Below, piece after piece: positions 19,277 through 27,982 of a stretch of 64,000 bases of DNA (position 1 is its first letter; the number at the start of each line of letters is the position of its first letter). The DNA lies in contig JBBPJF010000003.1 of the NCBI GenBank assembly GCA_043842855.1, forward strand, positions 118,906-182,905. The letters run 5' to 3'. The stretch is from Neisseriaceae bacterium. Lineage in GTDB: Bacteria; Pseudomonadota; Gammaproteobacteria; Burkholderiales; Neisseriaceae. A model generated the notes under the pieces. That model was given only the letters and a program-made list of their open reading frames with translations. It did no database searches and was not told the DNA's origin. The position numbers and the translations under genes were made by a program.

Positions 19277-20505
19277 TTAGTACGACCCATACTGAATTTG
19301 ATCAGTATCTTTCGCCATCACACTACCGCTCAATAGTCTAGTGACGGGGGAACTCTTTACGCACTTCGTAGTACCTACGACATGAGCTAAAGCATATGCT
19401 CTGATATTTGTAGCGGCATTTATGTCTCTGTCATGTGAAACTCCACACTCAGGGCATATCCAGTTTCTTACATTGAGAGACAAATTATCTAGTTTGTGAC
19501 CGCAATCATTACAAATTTTAGAACTAGGTGCAAAACGATTAATCCGGATTACATTTTTCCCTAATTCCTTACACTTATACTCCAAATAAGTAATGAACTT
19601 AGACCAACCACTATCACTAATATGCCTAGATAGACGTTTATTTTTGATCATTCCCTTTACATTTAAGTCTTCAATGGCAAAGCTCGTTATTTGATTATCA
19701 TAAGCGAGCTGGGTTGAAAGCTTTTGTAAGAAGTCATTACGTTGATTACTAATTTTTTCGTGGCATTTTGCTACCACTATTCTTTGTCTTTTTCTACTAC
19801 TTGAATCTTCTTTTTTTCTCGATAATTTTCTTTGTTCTATTCTTAACCGAGTTAACTTTTGATTAAAATATTTTGGACTTTTAGTTTTATTCCCTAAGTT
19901 ATCAATCAAATAATGTTTCAATCCTAAATCTAATCCTAGTATTTGTTCTGGCACTACGGTTGTTGGCACTATGTTTGATAAGCCTCCATCGACCAAAATA
20001 CTTGCGTAGTATTTATTAGAAGCCGTTTTTTGAATAGTGACCGACTTAATGCTTCCAGTAAAATTACGATGGAATTTTATTTTTATTAATGCTTTGAACT
20101 TAGGTAATTTTAAATAGCTGCCATCAATAATAGAAACTGAACCTTTTTGATTATTAGTTGTATAGCTTTGTACTGTATTTTTACGAGTCTTCCACTTTGG
20201 AAAACCAGCTTTCTCTTTGCCATTAGATTGTTTTACTCTTCGAAAAAAATTCTGATAGGCTCTATCAGATTTAACTGGGCGTTCGCCAACGCTAAACTAT
20301 CCACTTCAGATAAAAAGGGAAATTGAACCTTATATTGTGCCGGTGTGGGTAATTTTTGTTTAATTCCAGTATTTTTTTCTAACTCATAGTTCTTGATTCT
20401 ATCTTCTAACATCAAGTTATAAACCTTACGAACGCACCCAAAGGTTTTTGCAATCAAAATCTTTTGCTCAGTATTGGGATAAATCCGGTATTTATAAGCT
20501 TTCAT
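19277..20505 (-). pseudogene. tnpB: TnpB (OrfB_IS605, RuvC-like RNA-guided nuclease) interrupted by a single frameshift
   Basis: N-terminal ORF 20233..20505 (MKAYKYRIYPNTEQ...). The C-terminal frame is open from 20296 to 19277 and contains the RuvC D (LGLDLG), E (AIEDLN) and D (HDRDINAA) residues plus the zinc ribbon CNDCG...CPECG. The frames differ by one nucleotide. Reconstructed length is about 409 aa. Confidence 0.88.
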
Positions 20506-20546
20506 TATTGTGATATTTTAACAAAATACCATATTAGTGTAAATCA

Positions 20547-20957
20547 ATGAAACAACAATATCACTCGCATTATCATTGCCTTCATAAACTAAATTATCAT
20601 TTAGTGTTAGTCACTAAATACAGGAAAAAATGCTTCACTAGTGAAATCCTATTGAGACTAGAAGAAATCTGTAAAGAATTATCAGAAAAGTGGGGAGTAA
20701 AAATAGGAGAATTTAATGGTGAGTCTGATCATATTCACTTACTCATTACAATGCACCCAAACATTATGCCTAGTAAGTATATTAATAATCTAAAAACAGT
20801 CACCAGTAGACTAATACGTAAAGAATTTTCAGAACATCTAAAACAATACTATTGGAAACCATTGCTCTGGACTAGAGCTTATTGTCTTATAACAGTAGGA
20901 GGTGCTCCATTAGAAATACTAAAAACCTACATTCAAAAGCAAGATAGGCCAGAATAG
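20547..20957 (+). CDS. tnpA: IS200/IS605-family Y1 (HUH) transposase
   Basis: 136 aa. Has YHLVLVTKYRKK, the HUH motif (SDHIHLLI), and the catalytic-Tyr region WTRAYCLITVGG. Confidence 0.92.
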   Translation: MKQQYHSHYHCLHKLNYHLVLVTKYRKKCFTSEILLRLEEICKELSEKWGVKIGEFNGESDHIHLLITMHPNIMPSKYINNLKTVTSRLIRKEFSEHLKQYYWKPLLWTRAYCLITVGGAPLEILKTYIQKQDRPE

Positions 20958-20981
20958 TTATGCTTTCTATTTGCTATCCAT

Positions 20982-21010
20982 CTCCATCTAAGTGGCAACT
21001 CTAGATGGAG
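20982..21010. repeat. Subterminal imperfect-palindrome hairpin of the IS (left-end type)
   Basis: Perfect 9-bp stem CTCCATCTA / TAGATGGAG with an 11-nt loop, 25 nt after the tnpA stop. This is the position expected for the TnpA-recognised end hairpin of IS200/IS605 elements. Confidence 0.6.
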
Positions 21011-21107
21011 AATTCCGCAATATTTTGTTAAAGTAAACTTCAGTACGAAAAAACTACTAACTTAAGCCATTTCACTTAGCAGAAAACTGGAATAGCATAC
21101 AATAACT

Positions 21108-21130
21108 AAAAAACGACTGGGCAGACCCAG
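21108..21130 (-). terminator. Putative intrinsic terminator of the tRNA-Arg/tRNA-Glu operon
   Basis: On the minus strand: CUGGG-UCUG-CCCAG hairpin followed by UCGUUUUUU, about 45 nt after the tRNA-Glu 3' end. The stem is short (5 bp). Confidence 0.45.
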
Positions 21131-21175
21131 GGCAACGTATACTAATGGAATTGATGAGTACCAGATGAGCAATAC

Positions 21176-21250
21176 TGGTACGCCCACGGGGAATCGAACC
21201 CCGGTTACCGCCGTGAAAGGGCGATGTCCTAACCGCTAGACGATGGGCGC
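21176..21250 (-). tRNA. tRNA-Glu (anticodon UUC)
   Basis: 75-nt cloverleaf read by hand: GCGCCCA-TC-GTCT-AGCGGTTA-GGAC-A-TCGCC-CTTTCAC-GGCGG-TAAC-CGGGG-TTCGATT-CCCCG-TGGGCGT-A-CCA. Close to E. coli tRNA-Glu, with CCA encoded. The 1-72 pair is G-U. Confidence 0.93.
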
Positions 21251-21264
21251 AAAATTCTCTCTAA

Positions 21265-21341
21265 TGGCGCACCCGGAGCGATTCGAACGCCCGACCCTCT
21301 GGTTCGTAGCCAGATACTCTATCCAACTGAGCTACGGGTGC
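21265..21341 (-). tRNA. tRNA-Arg (anticodon ACG)
   Basis: 77 nt, GCACCCGTAGCTCAGTTGGATAGAGTATCTGGCTACGAACCAGAGGGTCGGGCGTTCGAATCGCTCCGGGTGCGCCA. Near-identical architecture to E. coli tRNA-Arg(ACG), with CCA encoded. Confidence 0.95.
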
Positions 21342-21365
21342 ACGTGGTGCTCAATAAAGAGGGGG

Positions 21366-21394
21366 ATTATATTTGGATAAAAAAATTGTGTCAA
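21366..21394 (-). promoter_or_regulatory. Consensus sigma70 promoter for the tRNA-Arg/tRNA-Glu operon
   Basis: Minus strand reads TTGACA-N17-TATAAT, both hexamers perfect. It is followed by a GC-rich discriminator (CCCCCTC) about 25 nt upstream of the tRNA-Arg 5' end. Confidence 0.72.
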
Positions 21395-21633
21395 GCACGC
21401 TTCTGCTCTACAAACCTAAACAATCGACCACCCCAGAGACTAGATACTGATTTTCAAAAGAAAATAACAAATTTCTAAGTAGTAGTTAGTACTACAGGTA
21501 CTACTAATAATTTTTTTCATTGAGGTAATTAGTTTGCTTAAAACGAAGATCTTTTAACTTTATGCGTTCAATGTTACACTCCTCTGGTGGCATTGTTATA
21601 CCTAAACGTAAGTTTTTTCCATCCAAAACCCTT

Positions 21634-22326
21634 ATGACTCACCCTCTTCATTATGCGTCCCTAGAAGCTAAGCTAGGCTATTCCTTTCGTCATCCTGCTT
21701 ATCTAGAACAGGCGCTAACTCATCGTAGTTTCTCTTCCTCTCATAATGAACGACTTGAATTTATTGGTGATGCTATCCTAAATTATGCAGTGACTCATAT
21801 GCTATTCCTCCAATTTCCAGCAGAAGCCGAAGGACGCCTATCCAAAATGAGGGCTATGTTAGTCAACCAATCTACTCTCTGCCAGATTGCGGAATCACTA
21901 GATTTAGGAAAATACTTATATCTAGGACCCGGCGAAATTAAAGCTAATGGTCATACTCGCCCTTCCATCTTATCCGATGCCCTAGAAGCTCTGTTTGCAG
22001 CGATCAGTCTAGATAGCAGCTTTCAAAATGCTGAAGAGGTTATTCACCAACTTTATAAAGAGAAAATCAAATCTCTACCATTACAGTCAATTACAGATGC
22101 TAAATCTCTACTTCAAGAGGTTTTACAAGCTCGTCAAGTAGCTCTTCCTTGCTACCGAGTACTTCAGCAATTTGGTCAAGCTCACCAAAAAGTTTTCCAA
22201 GTAGAATGTGCTATTCCCGAACTCAATATCATCACACAAGCAGAGGCTACTTCGCGTAAGAAAGCCGAACAAGAAGCTGCTGGGCTTGCCCTGAAAAAAC
22301 TAAGTTCCTTTGACAAATATGACTAA
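21634..22326 (+). CDS. rnc: Ribonuclease III
   Basis: RNase III signature (HRSF...NERLEFIGDAIL) and a C-terminal dsRBD (K..LQE...CYRV...GQAHQKVFQVEC). Start set at the ATG at 21634 (MTHPLHYASLEAKLGY...) to match the Rnc N-terminus; the ORF track starts at 21562. Confidence 0.9.
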   Translation: MTHPLHYASLEAKLGYSFRHPAYLEQALTHRSFSSSHNERLEFIGDAILNYAVTHMLFLQFPAEAEGRLSKMRAMLVNQSTLCQIAESLDLGKYLYLGPGEIKANGHTRPSILSDALEALFAAISLDSSFQNAEEVIHQLYKEKIKSLPLQSITDAKSLLQEVLQARQVALPCYRVLQQFGQAHQKVFQVECAIPELNIITQAEATSRKKAEQEAAGLALKKLSSFDKYD

Positions 22327-23194
22327 TTCCTCCTTTCGTTGTGGTTTTGTTGCCATAGTTGGGCGCCCTAATGTGGGTAAATCAACCCTTTTGAACCATC
22401 TCATTGGTCAAAAAATCAGCATTACTTCTAAAAAAGCTCAAACTACTCGGCAAACAATTCGAGGTATTCATACCGATAGCAATGCTCAACTAATCTTTAT
22501 TGATACGCCTGGCTATCAAACTCATTATCAAGATGTAAAAAATCGAAAGCTTAATGAGAATGCTTTATCAGCGCTTAGATCAGCTGATCTAGTCGTGTGG
22601 GTAGTAGAAGCCAAGCATTTTGATATGCGTGATGAAAAAATCCTACGGCATCTTCCTGCGCACACACTCCTTGTAATTAATAAGGCTGATCTATTTATTA
22701 ATCAGGAAGAAGCTTTCAACTTCCTCCAACAGATTAAAGGGCAGCATTCGCTAATCGATGCGATAACAGTGAGTGCAAAATATTCTCAGCAACTTGATTT
22801 ATTAATAGAAAAAATTAAACCCAGACTTCCCTTGGGGCCGCCCTTATACCCAGACGAAGCTCTAACTGACCGTTCTAGTCGCTTCTTGGTAGCTGAAATA
22901 CTTAGAGAAAAAGTATTTCGTTATCTTGGAGAAGAGCTGCCGTACCTTGTGGAAATTGAAATTAACTCCTTTAAAGCCCTACCCACACTGACACAAATCG
23001 ATGCTACTCTGTGGATTACTAAAGAGACGCATAAAGGGATAATCATTGGTAAAAATGGAGAAAAGCTAAAAAAAATTTCTAGTAAAGCTCGGTTAGATAT
23101 GGAAAAACTCCTAGAAACCAAAGTATATCTGAGTACCTGGGTTAAAGTAAAAAAACATCCCAAAGTAACTGACCTAAAATTTTTAGAAGAATAA
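22310..23194 (+). CDS. era: GTPase Era
   Basis: 294 aa. G1 GRPNVGKST, G3 DTPG and G4 NKAD motifs, plus a C-terminal KH domain (KGIIIGKNGEKLK). Overlaps the rnc stop. Confidence 0.92.
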   Translation: MTNMTNSSFRCGFVAIVGRPNVGKSTLLNHLIGQKISITSKKAQTTRQTIRGIHTDSNAQLIFIDTPGYQTHYQDVKNRKLNENALSALRSADLVVWVVEAKHFDMRDEKILRHLPAHTLLVINKADLFINQEEAFNFLQQIKGQHSLIDAITVSAKYSQQLDLLIEKIKPRLPLGPPLYPDEALTDRSSRFLVAEILREKVFRYLGEELPYLVEIEINSFKALPTLTQIDATLWITKETHKGIIIGKNGEKLKKISSKARLDMEKLLETKVYLSTWVKVKKHPKVTDLKFLEE

Positions 23195-23214
23195 AACTAT
23201 TAAAGTGTTTGCCG

Positions 23215-24177
23215 TTATCTGCTTAAATCACTAAGTAGGTTTCTAATACTTTGCCAGGGCTCGCCCTTTTCTACTCCTTTAATTTGCTTATCTATAGTAG
23301 CGCATTCTTGTAGACCTCTTATCAATCTTCTTGGTGATATTCTCTTAATAGCCATCAACGCCGCTTCTTGTTTAGTTCCCCAAAGTTTCAGGGTATTCCT
23401 AACGGAGGAGAGGGCTTGACCTTTTTTTAGGGCACCTGAAAGCCTAATCAGAACTCGAATATCTTCGCTAACCACCCAAAGTAAAATTACTAATTCTGCA
23501 GCTGCTACCTCCAAGCCTGCTAAAAGCCTTAAAAGCCTCACTATATCCCCCCGCATCCAGGCTTCAGCTATTTGAAAAAAATCAAACCTTGCAACTGTAC
23601 CTATATTTTTTTGTAAATCGATTAGAGTAAGTGAGTGGCCCGGTGGAAACAATAACGCTATTTTTTCTACCTCTTGAGCAGCAGCTAATAAATTACCCTC
23701 TACTCTTTCAGAAAAGAGTAAAAGTGCTTCTTCCTCAATCCCTAGATTGTGGGCGGAGAGTCTCTTTAAAAGCCACTGCGATAATTGCTGATGAGTTAAT
23801 TTTTTTGCTTCTGTAACCTCTGCAACTTTCAATAAAGCCTTAAACCATTTTGAAGCCAACTGACTTTTATCCAGTTTTGGTAATAAGACCAACAAGGAGA
23901 TATCTTTTTTGTCAAGCAGCTGTGGAACTACCTTTTGCAGTAGCTCCCCCCCTGTGCGCCCAGGTTTACCATTTGGTAGGTGAAGTTCAATAAATTTCTT
24001 GGTGGAAAATAACCCCTGACTTTCCAAAGCATACGTCAGCTCATTCCAGTTAAATTGAGCCTCTACCACTAGACTCTCTCTAGAATAGCTCTCTTTCGTA
24101 GCTCTCCGCCTTAATTTTTCTAGAGCCTCAAAACGAAATAACTCCTCTTCACCATGAATGACATACAATGGTTTCAC
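23215..24177 (-). CDS. holA: DNA polymerase III subunit delta
   Basis: 320 aa helical protein. N-terminus (LYVIHGEEELFRFEA) and overall layout are typical of HolA, with the conserved position downstream of lptE. Confidence 0.8.
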   Translation of the reverse strand: MKPLYVIHGEEELFRFEALEKLRRRATKESYSRESLVVEAQFNWNELTYALESQGLFSTKKFIELHLPNGKPGRTGGELLQKVVPQLLDKKDISLLVLLPKLDKSQLASKWFKALLKVAEVTEAKKLTHQQLSQWLLKRLSAHNLGIEEEALLLFSERVEGNLLAAAQEVEKIALLFPPGHSLTLIDLQKNIGTVARFDFFQIAEAWMRGDIVRLLRLLAGLEVAAAELVILLWVVSEDIRVLIRLSGALKKGQALSSVRNTLKLWGTKQEAALMAIKRISPRRLIRGLQECATIDKQIKGVEKGEPWQSIRNLLSDLSR

Positions 24178-24204
24178 TAGGCAGCCTCTTCATTCGCTGC
24201 CACT

Positions 24205-24714
24205 TTATTGAATCCCACTGGGCTTTATAGGAGGTAAAAAAGCTAGCCGATCTACTATAGATCTGGCCGCACTTTCGTACATCTCCCGCTTCAGTTTTTC
24301 TTCCTCTGAGTTTAGTACTAAACTAGAAGAAGGTGGATAAGTTAATGTTCTCTGCATATTCAATTCAATAGGATCACCCCAAGCTCTGCCATGGTAATAC
24401 ACCTGTGCTATTACCTCTAGAGTATAAAGTGAATCTTCAGCATTTCCATAGCGGTTAATGGTTTGCGTCATGCGATCAAATTGTACTCTCACTAAGCGAA
24501 TAACTGCTGAATCTTCGGCTTGAACCAATCTTATTCCTTTACGGTGATACAACTCTCGCTTTAGAGGTTCATTCATCTCGCCGGCATTTTCTACCCACCA
24601 AGTCGAATATTTTAATCCTAATTGACTTTCCGGATTCCCACGTAAGTGAAAACCACAACCGAGCAAGATCCAACTGATTATTAACAAACCACTATAACGC
24701 CAGAACTGTTTCAT
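24205..24714 (-). CDS. lptE: LPS-assembly lipoprotein LptE
   Basis: 169 aa. Lipobox followed by the LptE-typical LLGCGFHLRG start. Shows the conserved lptE-holA synteny. Confidence 0.78.
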   Translation of the reverse strand: MKQFWRYSGLLIISWILLGCGFHLRGNPESQLGLKYSTWWVENAGEMNEPLKRELYHRKGIRLVQAEDSAVIRLVRVQFDRMTQTINRYGNAEDSLYTLEVIAQVYYHGRAWGDPIELNMQRTLTYPPSSSLVLNSEEEKLKREMYESAARSIVDRLAFLPPIKPSGIQ

Positions 24715-24724
24715 GCCTCTATCC

Positions 24725-26146
24725 TCAGGATAATTTTTCCTTCATTAATTGCTGAACCTGTACCGGATCAGCCTTGCCAAGAGTAAGTTTCATGACCTGT
24801 CCTACTAGAGCATTTAGTGCTTTTTGCTTACCTGAGCGGAACTCTTCCACTAATTTTGTATGCTTCTGCAAGACTTCTTCAACTATTTTGTCTAGTGTAG
24901 CAATATCACCAATTTGTTTCAGATTTTCCCGTTCAATCACTGCATCTACTTCAATAGCTTCATTCCATATTACTTCAAAAACCTGCTTAGCTAAACGAGT
25001 CGATAGCGTTCCATCCACTACTCTAGTTACCAAATCCGCTAACTGCCTAGCTGTTATAGGAAGCTCACTAAAATCCTTTGCCTGTTTGTTTAAATTAAAA
25101 GCAATTTCTCCATTCATCCAATTAGCCACTAGCTTAGGCTGCTGACTTAATCCTGTTGCTTCTTCAAAAAACTCAGCCTGCAACCGAGAAGCGGTGACTT
25201 GGCTCGCGTCATACTCAGACAAGCCGTAATCACTTACCAAACGATTCTGTCTTTCACGTGGTAATTCAGGCATATTAGCCGTCGCTTCCTCCATCATCTG
25301 GTCTGTAATTTTAAGCGGATAGAAATCAGGGTCAGGAAAATAACGGTAATCATGTGCATCTTCTTTTGTACGCATACTACGGGTTTCACCTAAATTGGCG
25401 TCAAATAAACGGGTCTCCTGCTTTATTTCGCCCCCCTCTTCTAATAAATCTATCTGACGTCTAGCTTCATATTCAATAGCTTCCTCAATAAACTTAAAAG
25501 AATTTAAATTTTTGATTTCACAGCGAGTCCCTAATTGTTTTTCACCCCTAGGCCGTACTGACACATTAACGTCTGCTCTAAACTCTCCTTGAGACATATC
25601 GCCATTGCAAATTCCTAACCATGTGACTAACCGATAAAGTTCTTTTGCATAAGTTACAGCTTCATGTGCAGAATACAGGTCAGGAGCTGAGACCACCTCA
25701 ATTAATGGCGTACCCGCACGATTAAAGTCCACCGCCGTCCCATCAGGAAACAAATCATGCACTGATTTCCCCGCATTTTCCTCCATATGTGCCTGAAGAA
25801 TTCGTATGGTCTTTTCACCTTTGCCAATCGGCAATTCCCCTGCCTGAATAATCGGACACCTCAATTGGGTAATTTGGTATCCCTTCGGTAAATCAGGATA
25901 AAAATAATGTTTACGATCAAATATGGTATACCGATTAATGGTCGCATTGAGCGCCATTCCTAGGATAAGAGCCTTGCGAACCACCTCCCTGTTAACTACT
26001 GGCAGAGTACCTGGTAAGGCTAAATCTATAGCATTGGCATTCTCATTAGGCGCTGACCCAAACGCTGTTGACGCATTACTAAAAATTTTAGACTTAGTGT
26101 TAAGTTGAATGTGGACTTCTAACCCTACTACTGTTTCCCACTCCAT
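24725..26146 (-). CDS. gatB: Asp/Glu-tRNA(Asn/Gln) amidotransferase subunit B
   Basis: MEWETVVGLEVHIQLNT... N-terminus and a C-terminal GatB/YqeY domain. Start set at the ATG at 26146; the ORF-track extension to 26215 would overlap gatA. Confidence 0.93.
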   Translation of the reverse strand: MEWETVVGLEVHIQLNTKSKIFSNASTAFGSAPNENANAIDLALPGTLPVVNREVVRKALILGMALNATINRYTIFDRKHYFYPDLPKGYQITQLRCPIIQAGELPIGKGEKTIRILQAHMEENAGKSVHDLFPDGTAVDFNRAGTPLIEVVSAPDLYSAHEAVTYAKELYRLVTWLGICNGDMSQGEFRADVNVSVRPRGEKQLGTRCEIKNLNSFKFIEEAIEYEARRQIDLLEEGGEIKQETRLFDANLGETRSMRTKEDAHDYRYFPDPDFYPLKITDQMMEEATANMPELPRERQNRLVSDYGLSEYDASQVTASRLQAEFFEEATGLSQQPKLVANWMNGEIAFNLNKQAKDFSELPITARQLADLVTRVVDGTLSTRLAKQVFEVIWNEAIEVDAVIERENLKQIGDIATLDKIVEEVLQKHTKLVEEFRSGKQKALNALVGQVMKLTLGKADPVQVQQLMKEKLS

Positions 26147-26162
26147 AACGATAATTCTCTTT

Positions 26163-27611
26163 TTAAACTGGTGACGCCAGATGCCAATCAGAATTTTGCT
26201 GTATCTGATAAGCAATATTTAGCAACTGACTCTCTTTAAAATGCTTCCCTATTAGCTGCATTCCCACTGGAAGTCCTTGTTTGGAATAAATACCAGGTAA
26301 ACTTAGGGCTGGAAGACCCGCTAAATTAACCAAAACCGTATAAATGTCCGACAAATACATCTGGATAGGATCCGCCTCATAAGCCTTTAATTTAGGAGCT
26401 ACCGAAGGTGTTACAGGCGCCAATAGAACATCGCATTCTTCAAAAGCTTGTTGAAAGCCTTGGGCAATCAAACTCCTAACCTTTTGTGCTTTGACATAGT
26501 AAGCATCGTAATAACCATGCGACAAGACATAGGTTCCCATCATAATACGTCTTTTGACTTCTTTACCAAATCCAGCGGCACGAGTCTGGCTATAGAAGTC
26601 TATTAAATCCTCAAACTGCTCGCTACGCAATCCATAACGCACTCCATCATAACGTTGTAAGTTGCTACTGGCTTCTGCAGCGGTGAGTACATAATATACT
26701 GCCACTCCTTGCTCAAGGTTTGGCAATGAAACGTCTACACTGATTGCTCCAAGTTGCCTTAACAATAGCAACATCTGATCATAAGTGTGTTGTACTTCGT
26801 CATCTAAACTCTCATGCAAAAATTCTCGCGGAACACCTATTTTCAGCCCTTTCAAGGGTAATTTAAGAGATTTTTCATAATTTTCTACAGGATGGTTAAT
26901 ACTCGTAGAATCCTGGCAATCAAACCCCGCCATTACACCTAAGATCCAAGCTAAATCTTCCGCACTTTTAGCCATAGGACCTGGCTGATCAAAGCTAGAA
27001 GCGTAAGCTACCAAACCAAAACGTGATACTAAACCATAAGTGGGTTTTATGCCCGTAATCCCACAATAAGCCGCAGGCTGACGAATAGAACCCCCGGTAT
27101 CACTACCTAGCGAAACTGGACAAAGCCTGGCAGCCACAGCAGCCGCAGAGCCTCCTGAAGAACCCCCTGGGATCCTAGTTTGATCCCAAGGATTTAAAGT
27201 AGGGCCGAAGCATGAAGTCTCTGTAGTAGAACCCATAGCAAACTCATCCATGTTGGTTCTACCCAAAGGAACCATACCAGCTGCTTGCAAACGAGCAACT
27301 ACTGTTGCTGTATAAGGAGCTACAAAATTTTTTAAGCTTTTAGAAGCACATGTAGTAGGCCAACCCTGTTGACAAAAAGCATCCTTATAGGTAATTGGTA
27401 TACCTTCCAAGATATGTACCCTTTCCCCCTTGGCTCGCCTTTTGTCTGATAACTTAGCTGCTGCTAAGGTCTGCTCTTCATCAGTATAGACCACAGCATT
27501 GAATCGGTCTCGTATTTTAATTTCACTCAAAAAATAGTTAGCAAGCTCTACCGCCGAAATTTGTTTTTCTTCTAATGCCGCACCAAGTTGCCGAATACTC
27601 TTGTCTCTCAT
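26163..27611 (-). CDS. gatA: Glu-tRNA(Gln) amidotransferase subunit A
   Basis: 482 aa. Amidase signature GGSSGGSAAAVA / GSDTGGSIRQPA, in gatC-gatA-gatB order. Confidence 0.93.
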   Translation of the reverse strand: MRDKSIRQLGAALEEKQISAVELANYFLSEIKIRDRFNAVVYTDEEQTLAAAKLSDKRRAKGERVHILEGIPITYKDAFCQQGWPTTCASKSLKNFVAPYTATVVARLQAAGMVPLGRTNMDEFAMGSTTETSCFGPTLNPWDQTRIPGGSSGGSAAAVAARLCPVSLGSDTGGSIRQPAAYCGITGIKPTYGLVSRFGLVAYASSFDQPGPMAKSAEDLAWILGVMAGFDCQDSTSINHPVENYEKSLKLPLKGLKIGVPREFLHESLDDEVQHTYDQMLLLLRQLGAISVDVSLPNLEQGVAVYYVLTAAEASSNLQRYDGVRYGLRSEQFEDLIDFYSQTRAAGFGKEVKRRIMMGTYVLSHGYYDAYYVKAQKVRSLIAQGFQQAFEECDVLLAPVTPSVAPKLKAYEADPIQMYLSDIYTVLVNLAGLPALSLPGIYSKQGLPVGMQLIGKHFKESQLLNIAYQIQQNSDWHLASPV

Positions 27612-27623
27612 CTTTTACCTTAG

Positions 27624-27920
27624 TTATTCAATTACCTTGGGCACTATATAAAAGCCCTCTTTTATCTCGGGTGCTACTTCTTGAAATTGCTCAAGTTCCT
27701 CTACTACCTTAGCCCTATCTTCTCTCAGTAGCTGATATTGTGCATACGGATGCACAAAAGGTTGCACAGTATTTAAATCATATTTACCATCAATAGAATG
27801 CATTATCTGTACCATGGAAAAGAAATGATTTAATTCACTCTGAAACGCCTCGATTTCCTGCTCAGTTAAGGATAAATACGCCAGTCGTCCTAGTTTTTGT
27901 AATTCTGCTTTCTCTATCAC
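27624..27920 (-). CDS. gatC: Glu-tRNA(Gln) amidotransferase subunit C
   Basis: 98 aa with a GTG start, immediately upstream of gatA. GatC-like LREDR motif. Confidence 0.85.
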   Translation of the reverse strand: MIEKAELQKLGRLAYLSLTEQEIEAFQSELNHFFSMVQIMHSIDGKYDLNTVQPFVHPYAQYQLLREDRAKVVEELEQFQEVAPEIKEGFYIVPKVIE

Positions 27921-27982
27921 TGTGTACCTGACCCTATTCTCTTCAAAATGTCGCCATTATAAGCTAAATCCCCGCTTATAAC

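Larger units (their letters stand above)
19100..21032 (-). mobile_element. IS200/IS605-family insertion sequence, IS605-type layout (divergent tnpA / tnpB); boundaries approximate
   Basis: A Y1 HUH transposase gene and a TnpB/OrfB gene sit back to back with a 41-bp spacer. A subterminal hairpin lies beyond the tnpA 3' end, and a structured region lies beyond the tnpB 3' end. The element is more AT-rich than its flanks. Confidence 0.8.

Noticed and set aside
27941-27982. Hairpin TTATAAGC-N9-GCTTATAA after rarA, which also contains a TATAAT (minus strand) upstream of gatC.
   Set aside because: No U-tract follows the hairpin and no acceptable -35 hexamer is present. It is too ambiguous to call as either a terminator or a promoter.
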